Notes under the pieces: model-generated
Seen by the model: only the letters and a program-made list of their open reading frames with translations
The model's database searches: none
Told to the model about the DNA's origin: nothing
Assembly: GCA_963848135.1 (NCBI GenBank)
Contig: CAWKCK010000002.1
Span: forward strand, 248,001-312,000
DNA length: 64,000 bases
Source of the DNA: an uncultured delta proteobacterium
GTDB lineage: Bacteria; Desulfobacterota; Desulfobacteria; Desulfobacterales; SG8-13
Direction of reading: 5' to 3'
Program-made: the position numbers and the translations under genes
Shown: one piece after another, positions 39,848-48,206 of the stretch
Layout of the letters: each line of letters starts with the position of its first letter
Numbering within the stretch: the first letter of the stretch is position 1

Positions 39848-40513
39848 CTAGAACAGAGGCCTATTTCTAAACATTTTAAGCAATAATAAGTAAATATTTT
39901 TGTTACGGTTATTGAATCTAAATTCGCATTCTTTCAGATGTAGGTAGAAAGTCGATTCAGCAATGCCATGGAACTTCATCAAACGGTGTTTGGCATATGC
40001 CCAGAAGGATTCAATACCATTGATGTGACTGTGCCCCTTGGCAAATTGGTTGGTACCATGGCTGACGCGGTAATGCTTTTTGTAACCCAGGTCAACCAGT
40101 CCGTTGTAACCGCGCCAGCGATCTGAATGGATAACGCTATCGGGGTCGACGCGTCCCCTGATAATGCCTTGCAAAGTGGCTTTAGCGCAATCTGGAACGA
40201 TTTCAGTGTAGACTTTGCCGCCACGTTTGAAAATACCAAACACAGGGGTTTTCTTAAAAGCACCGCGGCCGCGTTTGCCCTTGATGCGTTTACCACCGAA
40301 GTATGATTCATCGACTTCGATTTCGCCTTTAAACGGCGATTGGGTTTCACATACCTCGGCTATGCGGTTGCGAATGAGCCGCAGGTAACGGTTAACGGTA
40401 TTACGATTAAGGTTTGTTAAAGAGGCAATCGTTTGTGCATCCAGGTCATGTGCGAATAACTTAACTAATTGCCTGAATTTGGCTTCTGTAATCTTTGAAC
40501 GCTTTATTCTCAT
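39848..40513 (-). CDS. IS1595 family transposase (original first codons displaced to 41842-41862)
   Basis: EIEVDESYFGG, IHSDRWRGY, HINGIESFW and LKECEFRFN. Confidence 0.9.
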   Translation of the reverse strand: MRIKRSKITEAKFRQLVKLFAHDLDAQTIASLTNLNRNTVNRYLRLIRNRIAEVCETQSPFKGEIEVDESYFGGKRIKGKRGRGAFKKTPVFGIFKRGGKVYTEIVPDCAKATLQGIIRGRVDPDSVIHSDRWRGYNGLVDLGYKKHYRVSHGTNQFAKGHSHINGIESFWAYAKHRLMKFHGIAESTFYLHLKECEFRFNNRNKNIYLLLLKMFRNRPLF

Positions 40514-40523
40514 TAGTGTCCGG

Positions 40524-41693
40524 TTAACTATCGAATAATTTCAATTGGATACAGTTGCTAGTCATTTTGTTTTTGTAATTGGTCTCTGTGAGCGTTTGTA
40601 AAATGGGGATTTTCTCGAAAAGAGTGATGCTAAAAATCTGTAACATTGTGTAGAGGCTCAGGTCGATTTTCATCTTTTTTTTCATAATGGCAACCAGCAC
40701 ATAGACACTGATGGCAATCCAGATTTGGGTTTTTACGGCATTTTCAGACGTACCATAGAACTTTTTAATTCGCAGATGCTGTTTGATCCACTTGAAGAAC
40801 AATTCCACTTGCCATCGGCACTTGTAAAGATCGGCAATCGTTATCGCCGGAAGGCGAAAGTGATTGGTCAAAAAAGTCAACCGGTTGTCGGTAAGCGCAT
40901 CGTGGTATTTGATTCGCCTGATCTGCTCCGGATAATCTTTTTTGGCGTAGTAATTGGCCAACACAATGATTTGGTCACAGCGCAGACCGCAGCTTTTATC
41001 GATCGGCCGCGAGTAAATGCGACGGAAGGCCAGGTTCGATTTTGAACGAATGATGAAGAAGGCCGGCACCTGATGGAGCGTATAGAGCCTTTTAAAATCC
41101 AGATAGCCGCGATCCATGATATAAATCGAACCGATTTCAGCCTCCAGCCGGTCAAGGATGTTTACCTCATGCACCTTGCCATCGGTAATGGCAATCATAG
41201 AGGGAATATTGCCGCGCAAGTCAAGCAGGGTATGTAACTTGATTGCCGCTTTTGTTTTCCGAAATTGCGCCCATGGGAATACGGAAAGACATAGATCTAT
41301 GATGGTCGCATCCAAAGCATAGATGGTCTCTTGCAATTGCAGACCAAAATCTTCACCGGCATAGAGTCTGCGGGCTTCATCGATCAGAATTTTGGCAAAG
41401 TCTCTGTAAATGCGCCAGTCACGTTTTTCATTCGCATCTGCTAATGTGCTTTTTGAGACTTTGCTGCGAATGCCCATGTGATAAAGCTTGTCCTGCAGGG
41501 CTCGCAGACAGCATTGGATATCGCGAAGACTTTCGCGGTATGTCAACTGAGCGAAGGCCATGCACAAAAACTGATCGTAACATGAGAAAGAACGCGTTCG
41601 ATAATTACCGTTATAGCGTTTGACACACTGCCGGAATTTGTACTTGGGCATAAAATCGATGATCTGTGAAAAGACAGTTTGTCCTTCGTACAT
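40524..41693 (-). CDS. IS4 family (DUF4372-type) transposase, apparently full length
   Basis: LDATII, KLHT, MDRGY and YKCRWQVELFFKWIKQ (YREK motif). Confidence 0.95.
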   Translation of the reverse strand: MYEGQTVFSQIIDFMPKYKFRQCVKRYNGNYRTRSFSCYDQFLCMAFAQLTYRESLRDIQCCLRALQDKLYHMGIRSKVSKSTLADANEKRDWRIYRDFAKILIDEARRLYAGEDFGLQLQETIYALDATIIDLCLSVFPWAQFRKTKAAIKLHTLLDLRGNIPSMIAITDGKVHEVNILDRLEAEIGSIYIMDRGYLDFKRLYTLHQVPAFFIIRSKSNLAFRRIYSRPIDKSCGLRCDQIIVLANYYAKKDYPEQIRRIKYHDALTDNRLTFLTNHFRLPAITIADLYKCRWQVELFFKWIKQHLRIKKFYGTSENAVKTQIWIAISVYVLVAIMKKKMKIDLSLYTMLQIFSITLFEKIPILQTLTETNYKNKMTSNCIQLKLFDS

Positions 41694-42022
41694 GGGCTCG
41701 ACCCTCCTTTCAGATACTCGGAGGGTACGTATCAACCCGGCTAACTCGAATTCAAGTCGATAACACCGATTTTAGCCATTATTTAACGTTATTTCATATG
41801 GTTAAATGCTATACAAAAAATCTTAACCGGGAACGCTTTATATACTTGTTTTTTATTGCCATGACTGGGATTGAGCGTATTTTGGTTACGCTGTCCTAGT
41901 CAAGACCCTAAATTTATATTGCTGGAAGTCTCGGCTTCCCAAAAGTTAGAAGAGTCTATTGATAGTTTTAAATCATCAAAAAAGCATAAAGTTATATTCA
42001 TTGGCGATAAACGCTAATAATG

Positions 42023-42097
42023 TGTAGTAATTCAGACTTGATCTGACAGACACCGCCTCAAAATCGGTAACTGTCAGATCAAGTCTGAATTACTACA
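42023..42097. repeat. 75-bp miniature inverted-repeat element
   Basis: Perfect 27-bp inverted repeat TGTAGTAATTCAGACTTGATCTGACAG with a 21-nt spacer. Confidence 0.9.
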
Positions 42098-42098
42098 T

Positions 42099-42308
42099 TT
42101 GAAAATCGAATTGATACACCACTGTCGCTACACTTCAAGACAACAGGCCATACAAGAGATTACGGAATACATTGAAATTTTCTACAACCGTCAAAGACGA
42201 CAGGAAAGGCTTGGTTACCTTTCACCGGCTGCTTTTCGAGCAAAATTACTACAAAGAACTAAGAGTTGCATGATCAGTTTTGGTGTCCACTATTGACGAC
42301 CGACCCCA
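42099..42308 (+). pseudogene. IS3 family transposase C-terminal fragment with right end
   Basis: LK.E...YIEIFYNRQR...LGYLSP, followed by GTGTCCACTATTGACGACCGACCCCA (5'-TG...CA type end). Confidence 0.85.
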
Positions 42309-42386
42309 TGCGATTTGGCCTCGATCATTAGGTATACATGTCGATCTGTCCTCTCGAAAGCGAACTTTAGCAAATTTATAATTTCA

Positions 42387-42992
42387 TTACTCCAAGAGCA
42401 AGTGTAACAACGATGAAGGATTAATTTTTGCTCCTTGCTTAGAGTCGTCATATTTAAAACTCATAAGTTCATGTGTTATACCATCCGAAGTGACAGATTT
42501 TATTATGCCTACATCCGGAATAGCCCAATCTGTTGTTGTCGTTGTTTTATAGAGATATTCATTGCCAATGGTACCTTGAATGGTTACTGACTCTTTCGAC
42601 TTTAATGCGGTAAATGTCCCAAAAGGCACTGTAACATTCTCATACCCATCAATTTGATAACCATGCATATATTCTAAATTAGCCGTGCCAATACCCTCGT
42701 AAGTACCTAAAACATCACCGAAGAAGTAAACAATTGTTCCTGATATATACCTATTTTCTACGACTAAGGGTGGAATGTAAGTATGCGTGTATTTAACTAT
42801 TCCGTGATTAGGTATAAACAAATCCTGGCTATAAACCCGATGTTTATGAATCCCTCTTGTGTCTGCGTTTAAATATATTTTTGTACCTGATAATTCTCCA
42901 CCAAGGATTTCCAGCACTTTTGTTGGTTTTCCGTTAACATTATATGTACCGCGAATGACTTTTTTGGTCACTATATCTGTTCCATTTTCCAA
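42387..42992 (-). CDS. Hypothetical beta-rich exported protein, probably 5'-truncated
   Basis: E.VTVPFGTF and W....VGIIK motifs. The frame extends upstream (SKAEIYDTQPYY...GNEWVY) to a stop with no ATG. Ends NPSSLLHLLLE. Confidence 0.6.
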   Translation of the reverse strand: MENGTDIVTKKVIRGTYNVNGKPTKVLEILGGELSGTKIYLNADTRGIHKHRVYSQDLFIPNHGIVKYTHTYIPPLVVENRYISGTIVYFFGDVLGTYEGIGTANLEYMHGYQIDGYENVTVPFGTFTALKSKESVTIQGTIGNEYLYKTTTTTDWAIPDVGIIKSVTSDGITHELMSFKYDDSKQGAKINPSSLLHLLLE

Positions 42993-43258
42993 ATAAACCC
43001 ATTCGTTACCCTCAATGACTCGATTGTCATAATATGGTTGAGTATCATAAATTTCCGCTTTACTCTCTGAGAGTGAAATTCACTGACTATAGTCACGATA
43101 CGTTCTGGCTATTTCAAACGATTCGGCCAGATTATAGCTCAAAGATCATGGCAGGTACATTTACTCTGAATCGACAACGGTTTCTTTGGTGTTATCTTTT
43201 ATTCCTTTATAGTATGATAGAGCAATTGTTATCCTTAAAGACCCATTAGCAAGTTAGG

Positions 43259-44629
43259 TTAGTTATCCAACAGCAGTAGTGGAATGCTTGGCATAGTCCC
43301 CGAAGGCGATGGGACCGTATTTGTTAATATATCAAACAAATACGCTGATCCGGCGGTATTTCTATCGTGTCTGGCTCCTATAATCGCATACCTGCCGCTT
43401 ATCGAAACCGCGCTGCCGAATCCCCATGGCGTATCAGAAGCGATAAGCTTCACAAATTGTTGCCAATCATCATTGCCTATGCTTTTGTGGAATACATATG
43501 CAGTACCAGTCCCATTAATATACTTAAGTGATCCGATGAGGGCGTAGGCGTCGCTAATTGAAACGGCAAAACCAAATTCATCTGAAGCCGCTGCGTCTGA
43601 TGGCTTGAGCCAGTGGTGGGGTTCTGTAAACCAAATGTTAGTGTCACCCAATTCTTCAAATATTCTAGCAGAACCAGAGTTAGCCAGGTCTTCCCCATCA
43701 TCATATAAATGGGCTCCTGCCAAAGCAAAGTGGCCATCTATCGACACCGACCAACCGAACTCATCACCGGCGTCTCCTGCAATAGGAGGCTCAATCAACG
43801 GCCCCCACACACTCCAGGTATCTTCTGATCGCTTAAAGATGTACATAGAGCCTATGTCGTCACCGCTATCATTATCCCTACGAGGTGCTCCGACCACCGC
43901 ATAATTACCGGCAATCGCGACGCTATAGCCAAAAAGATCGCCGGTAGCAGCGTCAGGAGCGACTATTTTTGCGACTTGGCTCCACCCGCTCTCGAGACGT
44001 TGGTAAATATAAGCTGTCCCGGAATCGCTACCATTATCATCATCATTTGGCGCTCCGACGATGGCATAGTCGCCGCTAATAGCAACGGATGTACCGAAAA
44101 AATCATTCGTCCCTCCGTCGGAAGCTCCCCCTTCCGTTTTAGCAACCAGCTTTGCGACCTGGCTCCAGATAATAGTGCCGGGGAGGGGTTCGGTCCGATG
44201 GAAAATGTATGCGGACCCGTAATTGCTTCCCGTGTGATCATCGAAGGGTTTCCCAACGATGGCGTAGTCGCCACTTATTGATACAGAGAAACCGAATACG
44301 TCGTTGCCTGATCTATCCGGGGCAAGCAATTTCGCTTTTTCACTCCAAATGCCTTTCGTACGCTCAAAAATATAAGCGCAGCCTGAATTTTTTATGACTC
44401 CTTCATCATCATTCGGTGCTCCCACAATAGCGTAATCCCCGCTGATTGAAACCGAGCTTCCAAAGAGGTCTGCATATTCTCCATCTCCGGGAATCAATTT
44501 TTTGATTTCTGTAATATCCGCACGAGAAGTGTCTATCCAAAGTGTTACGACCGCAACTACTGCCAGAGCAAATATAATGTATACTCGCCGTAAAGAATTA
44601 ACTGCTTTCAATAAAGCACAAAGAGCCAT
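43259..44629 (-). CDS. Secreted FG-GAP repeat (beta-propeller) protein
   Basis: Signal peptide and 7 repeats of FG.SVSISGDYAIVGA...G.AYIF; ends MPSIPLLLLDN. Confidence 0.9.
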   Translation of the reverse strand: MALCALLKAVNSLRRVYIIFALAVVAVVTLWIDTSRADITEIKKLIPGDGEYADLFGSSVSISGDYAIVGAPNDDEGVIKNSGCAYIFERTKGIWSEKAKLLAPDRSGNDVFGFSVSISGDYAIVGKPFDDHTGSNYGSAYIFHRTEPLPGTIIWSQVAKLVAKTEGGASDGGTNDFFGTSVAISGDYAIVGAPNDDDNGSDSGTAYIYQRLESGWSQVAKIVAPDAATGDLFGYSVAIAGNYAVVGAPRRDNDSGDDIGSMYIFKRSEDTWSVWGPLIEPPIAGDAGDEFGWSVSIDGHFALAGAHLYDDGEDLANSGSARIFEELGDTNIWFTEPHHWLKPSDAAASDEFGFAVSISDAYALIGSLKYINGTGTAYVFHKSIGNDDWQQFVKLIASDTPWGFGSAVSISGRYAIIGARHDRNTAGSAYLFDILTNTVPSPSGTMPSIPLLLLDN

Positions 44630-45105
44630 GATAGTGTCCCCCACATGTTGAGTAATATTATTTACATAGAAGGCTTAGTCACTATACTTAACTTTTCAGG
44701 AAATGAAGTCCTATGGCGATTTCGTTTTTTTATATGGGCAATACCAACATTCACAAATAATGTTTACAAATGGCTGCATGCCTATAGTCGATTTAGATGC
44801 TTAGGGTTTTGAAGTGAGATAGAGTGGGTAGTTTGTGAATAGGTAGCGGTAAATGAATGATATTGCGATTCAGGACAAGAGAATGTGTGTTACTCCAAAT
44901 ATTTAGTAGTGTCGGAATCGATACCTATTGAAATTCCCCTATTATGCATACTCTCATGATAACGAAAATGTCAATACTACGGAGTGGCACATCGTTAAAT
45001 ATACCTTGATAATCATCTAAAAGGCACCTCCCAATAGCAAATGACACTGCGATTCGTTATAAAGAGTTAACCCAATTCATAACCCTATAACGCAGGAGGT
45101 GCCTT

Positions 45106-45250
45106 ATGGAGCTGTATGCCGGTCTGGATCTTCATTCAAGAAATACTTACATCGGAATAATGGACGATGCCTTTAACCGTGTCTTCAAAAAACGCGTATC
45201 CAAATGATCTTGACCAGATCCTTCAAATTTTAAAGCCCTTCAAAAAACGA
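45106..45250 (+). pseudogene. IS110 family transposase N-terminal fragment (frameshifted and truncated)
   Basis: GGAGG RBS; MELYAGLDLHSRNTYIGIMD matches the IS110 DEDD N-terminus; TGA at 45205. Confidence 0.7.
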
Positions 45251-45346
45251 ATGAACACTCCCCGCAGCAAGCTGCGGAGTATCTTACAGTAGGAATTTCA
45301 TCAATTTTATCGAAGCAAGCTTCGGGGAATTTGACCCGAAGAGATT
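45250..45346. mobile_element. Non-autonomous palindrome-ended element (IS200/IS605-derived style)
   Basis: Twin hairpins CCGCAGCAAGCTGCGG and CGAAGCAAGCTTCG sharing a CAAG loop. Confidence 0.55.
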
Positions 45347-45830
45347 AAACGCGATCTCGTCTAAGGCTGGAAGCCGGTGAGATGAAAAACAATGAAGGCC
45401 GAACCGTGTACCTTGATGATGAGTTGAAAGAAGTCTTCAAGAGGCAGTGGGGAAACCGTAAAAAGACAGGCACATTGTGACCGTATGTATTCCCAAACAG
45501 AGAGGGAGCTGGGCCGATAATCGAATTCCGTGGCGCGCGGAATAACGCTTGTCGCAATGCCGGTCTCGGGTATGGCTTATAGAAAGACCACCAAATACGT
45601 CAAGAAATGGTAGGACAGGCTTCCTGCTGGGCCTGTACTGCACGACTTTGAGCGCACGGCAGTTTTAGGAACATGGTTAGGGCTGGTATTCCAGAGAGGG
45701 TCGCCATGATGGTTTCGGGTCATAAGACCCGCTCGGTTTTCGAGCGGTATAACATCGTTAATGACATCGACCTCAAGCTGGCTGCACAGAAGCAAGCCAC
45801 TTACCTCGAAGCTCAAGCGGGCACAATTTT
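45347..45830 (+). pseudogene. Tyrosine integrase C-terminal remnant
   Basis: KNNEGRTVYL, LHDF.RTAV (HxxR) and [26 protein letters not shown] (catalytic H and Y), with in-frame stops and frameshifts. Confidence 0.85.
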
Positions 45831-45895
45831 GGAACAACCGCCGATAGGAGCACCAAAAGAGAAAGGGCCACATCCCTGTGAACCCTCTATTTTAC

Positions 45896-45983
45896 TGGTG
45901 CCCGGGGCGAGAATTGAACTCGCACGGCACTTAGTACCGAGGGATTTTAAGTCCCTTGCGTCTACCTGTTCCGCCACCCGGGC
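45896..45983 (-). tRNA. tRNA-Leu(TAA)
   Basis: GCCCGGG/CCCGGGC acceptor stem, AGGGA-CT-TAA-AA-TCCCT anticodon arm, long variable arm, GTTCAATTC T-loop and encoded CCA. Confidence 0.97.
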
Positions 45984-46241
45984 AATTGTCGTAGAGCGGC
46001 CGCCTTGTGAACCAGCGGCATGAAGGGATTAACCCAAAACACGCCGCAATGCAAGTGAAAAGGCCTTCCGCTGTGCCTGGCAACACATTCGTATCGGGTT
46101 GTTTATAAATTTCGTAACCGTCCCAGGGTCGATCTGCCGGAATGGCATCGCAAGCTATCGTGTTTGGTCGTTTACCAGCCGAAGTGAGTCATTTTTTTCA
46201 GAATCTTGTCAAATATTGGCACATCTGTTATGTGGTGCCCT

Positions 46242-46880
46242 ATGCCGTCTCTCCAATCCGATCCGTTGATTATTCTGGCTTCAAAATCCCCGCGTCGCCG
46301 TTACCTGCTAGAGCAAGCCGGCCTGACGTTTTCGGTGGTGCCGAGCCATTTCGATGAAAGCACTATCCCAGAGGCTGAACCATCGACATTCGTTAAACAA
46401 CTGGCCGCGGGCAAAGCCGTTGACGTCGCATTGAAATATCCGAAAAGTTGGGTCATCGGGGCCGACACGATCGTATCGATCGACCAATCCATTTTAGGAA
46501 AACCGGGCTCGGTTGATGACGCCCGGAATATGCTTCGACACTTGAGCGGGCGCACGCACCAGGTCTATACAGGCTATTGCGTCCTCTGCCGCTCCCAAGA
46601 TCGTCAATTCTTGGATGTGGTTAAAACGGATGTTCAGTTTAAAAATTTGACCACTGACGAAATTAACTGGTATATCCACACCCGCGAGCCGTTCGACAAG
46701 GCCGGTGCCTATGCCATTCAAGGACTGGGCACCTTTCTGGTTAAACGCATCAACGGGTCCTACACCAATGTGGTCGGACTGCCGGTCTGCGAGGTCATCG
46801 AGATTTTAATCCGGGAGAACGTCGTCGGATTTAAACTTGATATTGACAACAATAGAAAACTTTCAGGTGGCCACCCGTGA
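46242..46880 (+). CDS. maf: Maf family nucleotide pyrophosphatase
   Basis: ILASKSPRR, IGADT, LGKP, DKAGAYAIQG and NVVGLP. Confidence 0.95.
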   Translation: MPSLQSDPLIILASKSPRRRYLLEQAGLTFSVVPSHFDESTIPEAEPSTFVKQLAAGKAVDVALKYPKSWVIGADTIVSIDQSILGKPGSVDDARNMLRHLSGRTHQVYTGYCVLCRSQDRQFLDVVKTDVQFKNLTTDEINWYIHTREPFDKAGAYAIQGLGTFLVKRINGSYTNVVGLPVCEVIEILIRENVVGFKLDIDNNRKLSGGHP

Positions 46881-47563
46881 TTCAAGACAATCTCACTCAA
46901 ATCCAAGAACGAATTCGCTCGGCGGCTATCCGTTGCCATCGCGACCCGGCAACCGTCAAACTTGTCGCAGTCAGTAAAACCGTATCAGCCAGCGGGGTCA
47001 GAGAAGCCATCGATGCCGGTGTGACGCTTTTTGGTGAGAACTATATTCAGGAAGCCTTGGAGAAAACGGCAACCCTTGCTTCCTATCCGGTATCCTGGCA
47101 CTATATCGGCCATCTCCAATCCAACAAAGCCAAGTATGCCGTGAGGCTCTTCGATCTTATCCACTCGGTTGATTCCTTCAAACTGGCCAGAGAGTTGGAT
47201 AAACAGGCGCGCAAACACAACAAGGTTCAGCCGGTGTTGATTCAAGTCAATGTCGCTCAGGAGGCAAGCAAATCGGGGACCAGTGCAGAAGAGGCACCTG
47301 AACTGGTCCGAAAAATCAGCCAATTCTCCAACCTGTCTATTCGCGGTCTCATGACCATGCCACCGTTCTTTAACGCCCCCGATAAAGTTAGACCCTATTT
47401 CAGATCATTACACCAGCTGCGCGACCGGATAGACGCCATGCAATTGGCTAATGTGTCAATGTCAGAACTGTCCATGGGCATGACCGGCGATTTCGAGGCA
47501 GCCATCGAAGAAGGCGCCACACTCGTGCGGATCGGAACCGCCATCTTTGGAGAAAGACAGTGA
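46877..47563 (+). CDS. yggS: YggS family PLP homeostasis protein
   Basis: VAVSKT, FGENY.QE, WHYIGHLQSNK, LSMGM and RIGTAIFG. Confidence 0.96.
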   Translation: MIQDNLTQIQERIRSAAIRCHRDPATVKLVAVSKTVSASGVREAIDAGVTLFGENYIQEALEKTATLASYPVSWHYIGHLQSNKAKYAVRLFDLIHSVDSFKLARELDKQARKHNKVQPVLIQVNVAQEASKSGTSAEEAPELVRKISQFSNLSIRGLMTMPPFFNAPDKVRPYFRSLHQLRDRIDAMQLANVSMSELSMGMTGDFEAAIEEGATLVRIGTAIFGERQ

Positions 47564-48114
47564 AATTGATGCTTCACATCTGCTGTGGACCGTGTGCCAT
47601 ATACCCGGTTCAGGTTCTACGGCGGGATGCCGTCGATGTCATGGGTTTTTTCTATCGGCACAACATTCACCCATACACCGAGTGCCTCAGGCGTCAAGAA
47701 ACTCTTAAAAACTATGCCGATAGAATCAGTCTCAATGTGATTTACCAGAAGGAATATGCATTGGAAGAATTTCTGCGTAATGTGACTCACCGGGAGTCCA
47801 ATCGCTGCGCCTATTGTTACCATGAGCGCCTGCATTCTACGGCGCTGGTAGCCAAACGCAGTCGATCCGACGGTTTCACCACGACACTGCTCTATAGCAA
47901 ATTTCAGAACCATGATCTTATCCGGTCGATTGGCGAGGCTGTTGGTGAATCCGTCGGCATCCCTTTTTACTACCACGATTTTCGATCGGGCTGGAAAGCG
48001 GGTGTGGATGAATCCAGGCGGTTGGATATGTACCGCCAACCCTATTGCGGCTGCATCTACAGTGAAAAAGAAAGATTTTTCAAGCCGCACGTCGCGAACC
48101 CGGACAAGAAATGA
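47560..48114 (+). CDS. queH: Epoxyqueuosine reductase QueH (DUF208)
   Basis: LHICCGPC, NIHP..E, RC..C...RL, FTTTL and YRQPYCGC. Confidence 0.9.
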   Translation: MKLMLHICCGPCAIYPVQVLRRDAVDVMGFFYRHNIHPYTECLRRQETLKNYADRISLNVIYQKEYALEEFLRNVTHRESNRCAYCYHERLHSTALVAKRSRSDGFTTTLLYSKFQNHDLIRSIGEAVGESVGIPFYYHDFRSGWKAGVDESRRLDMYRQPYCGCIYSEKERFFKPHVANPDKK

Positions 48115-48206
48115 AAACGGCTCTCAGGTACATCCGCACCCGGTAATTACCGCCGGGTTTTTCTGCGATTGAACCGATTCTTGAACCCGTCCTTTCAGCT
48201 GACATC

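Larger units (their letters stand above)
39839..41908 (-). mobile_element. IS1595 family element carrying a nested IS4
   Basis: Terminal inverted repeats GGGACTCGACTAG / CTAGTCAAGACCC and an 8-bp target duplication TAAATTTA (39831-39838, 41909-41916). Confidence 0.9.
39712..42017 (+). pseudogene. 75-codon gene split by an IS1595 insertion
   Basis: Removing 39839-41908 and one TAAATTTA copy restores MTEIKNLTNF...WYEKLDNKFILLEVSASQKLEES...IGDKR*. Confidence 0.85.
34250..45983. mobile_element. Decaying composite genomic island integrated at tRNA-Leu(TAA); left boundary approximate
   Basis: AT-rich stretches, integrase remnant abutting the tRNA 3' end, duplicated tRNA fragment at 36267-36348 and several IS remnants. 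Confidence 0.85.

Noticed and set aside
45673..46023. 116-aa ORF as an intact integrase
   Set aside because: It holds only the C-terminal catalytic stub, has upstream stops and frameshifts, and runs antisense through the tRNA.
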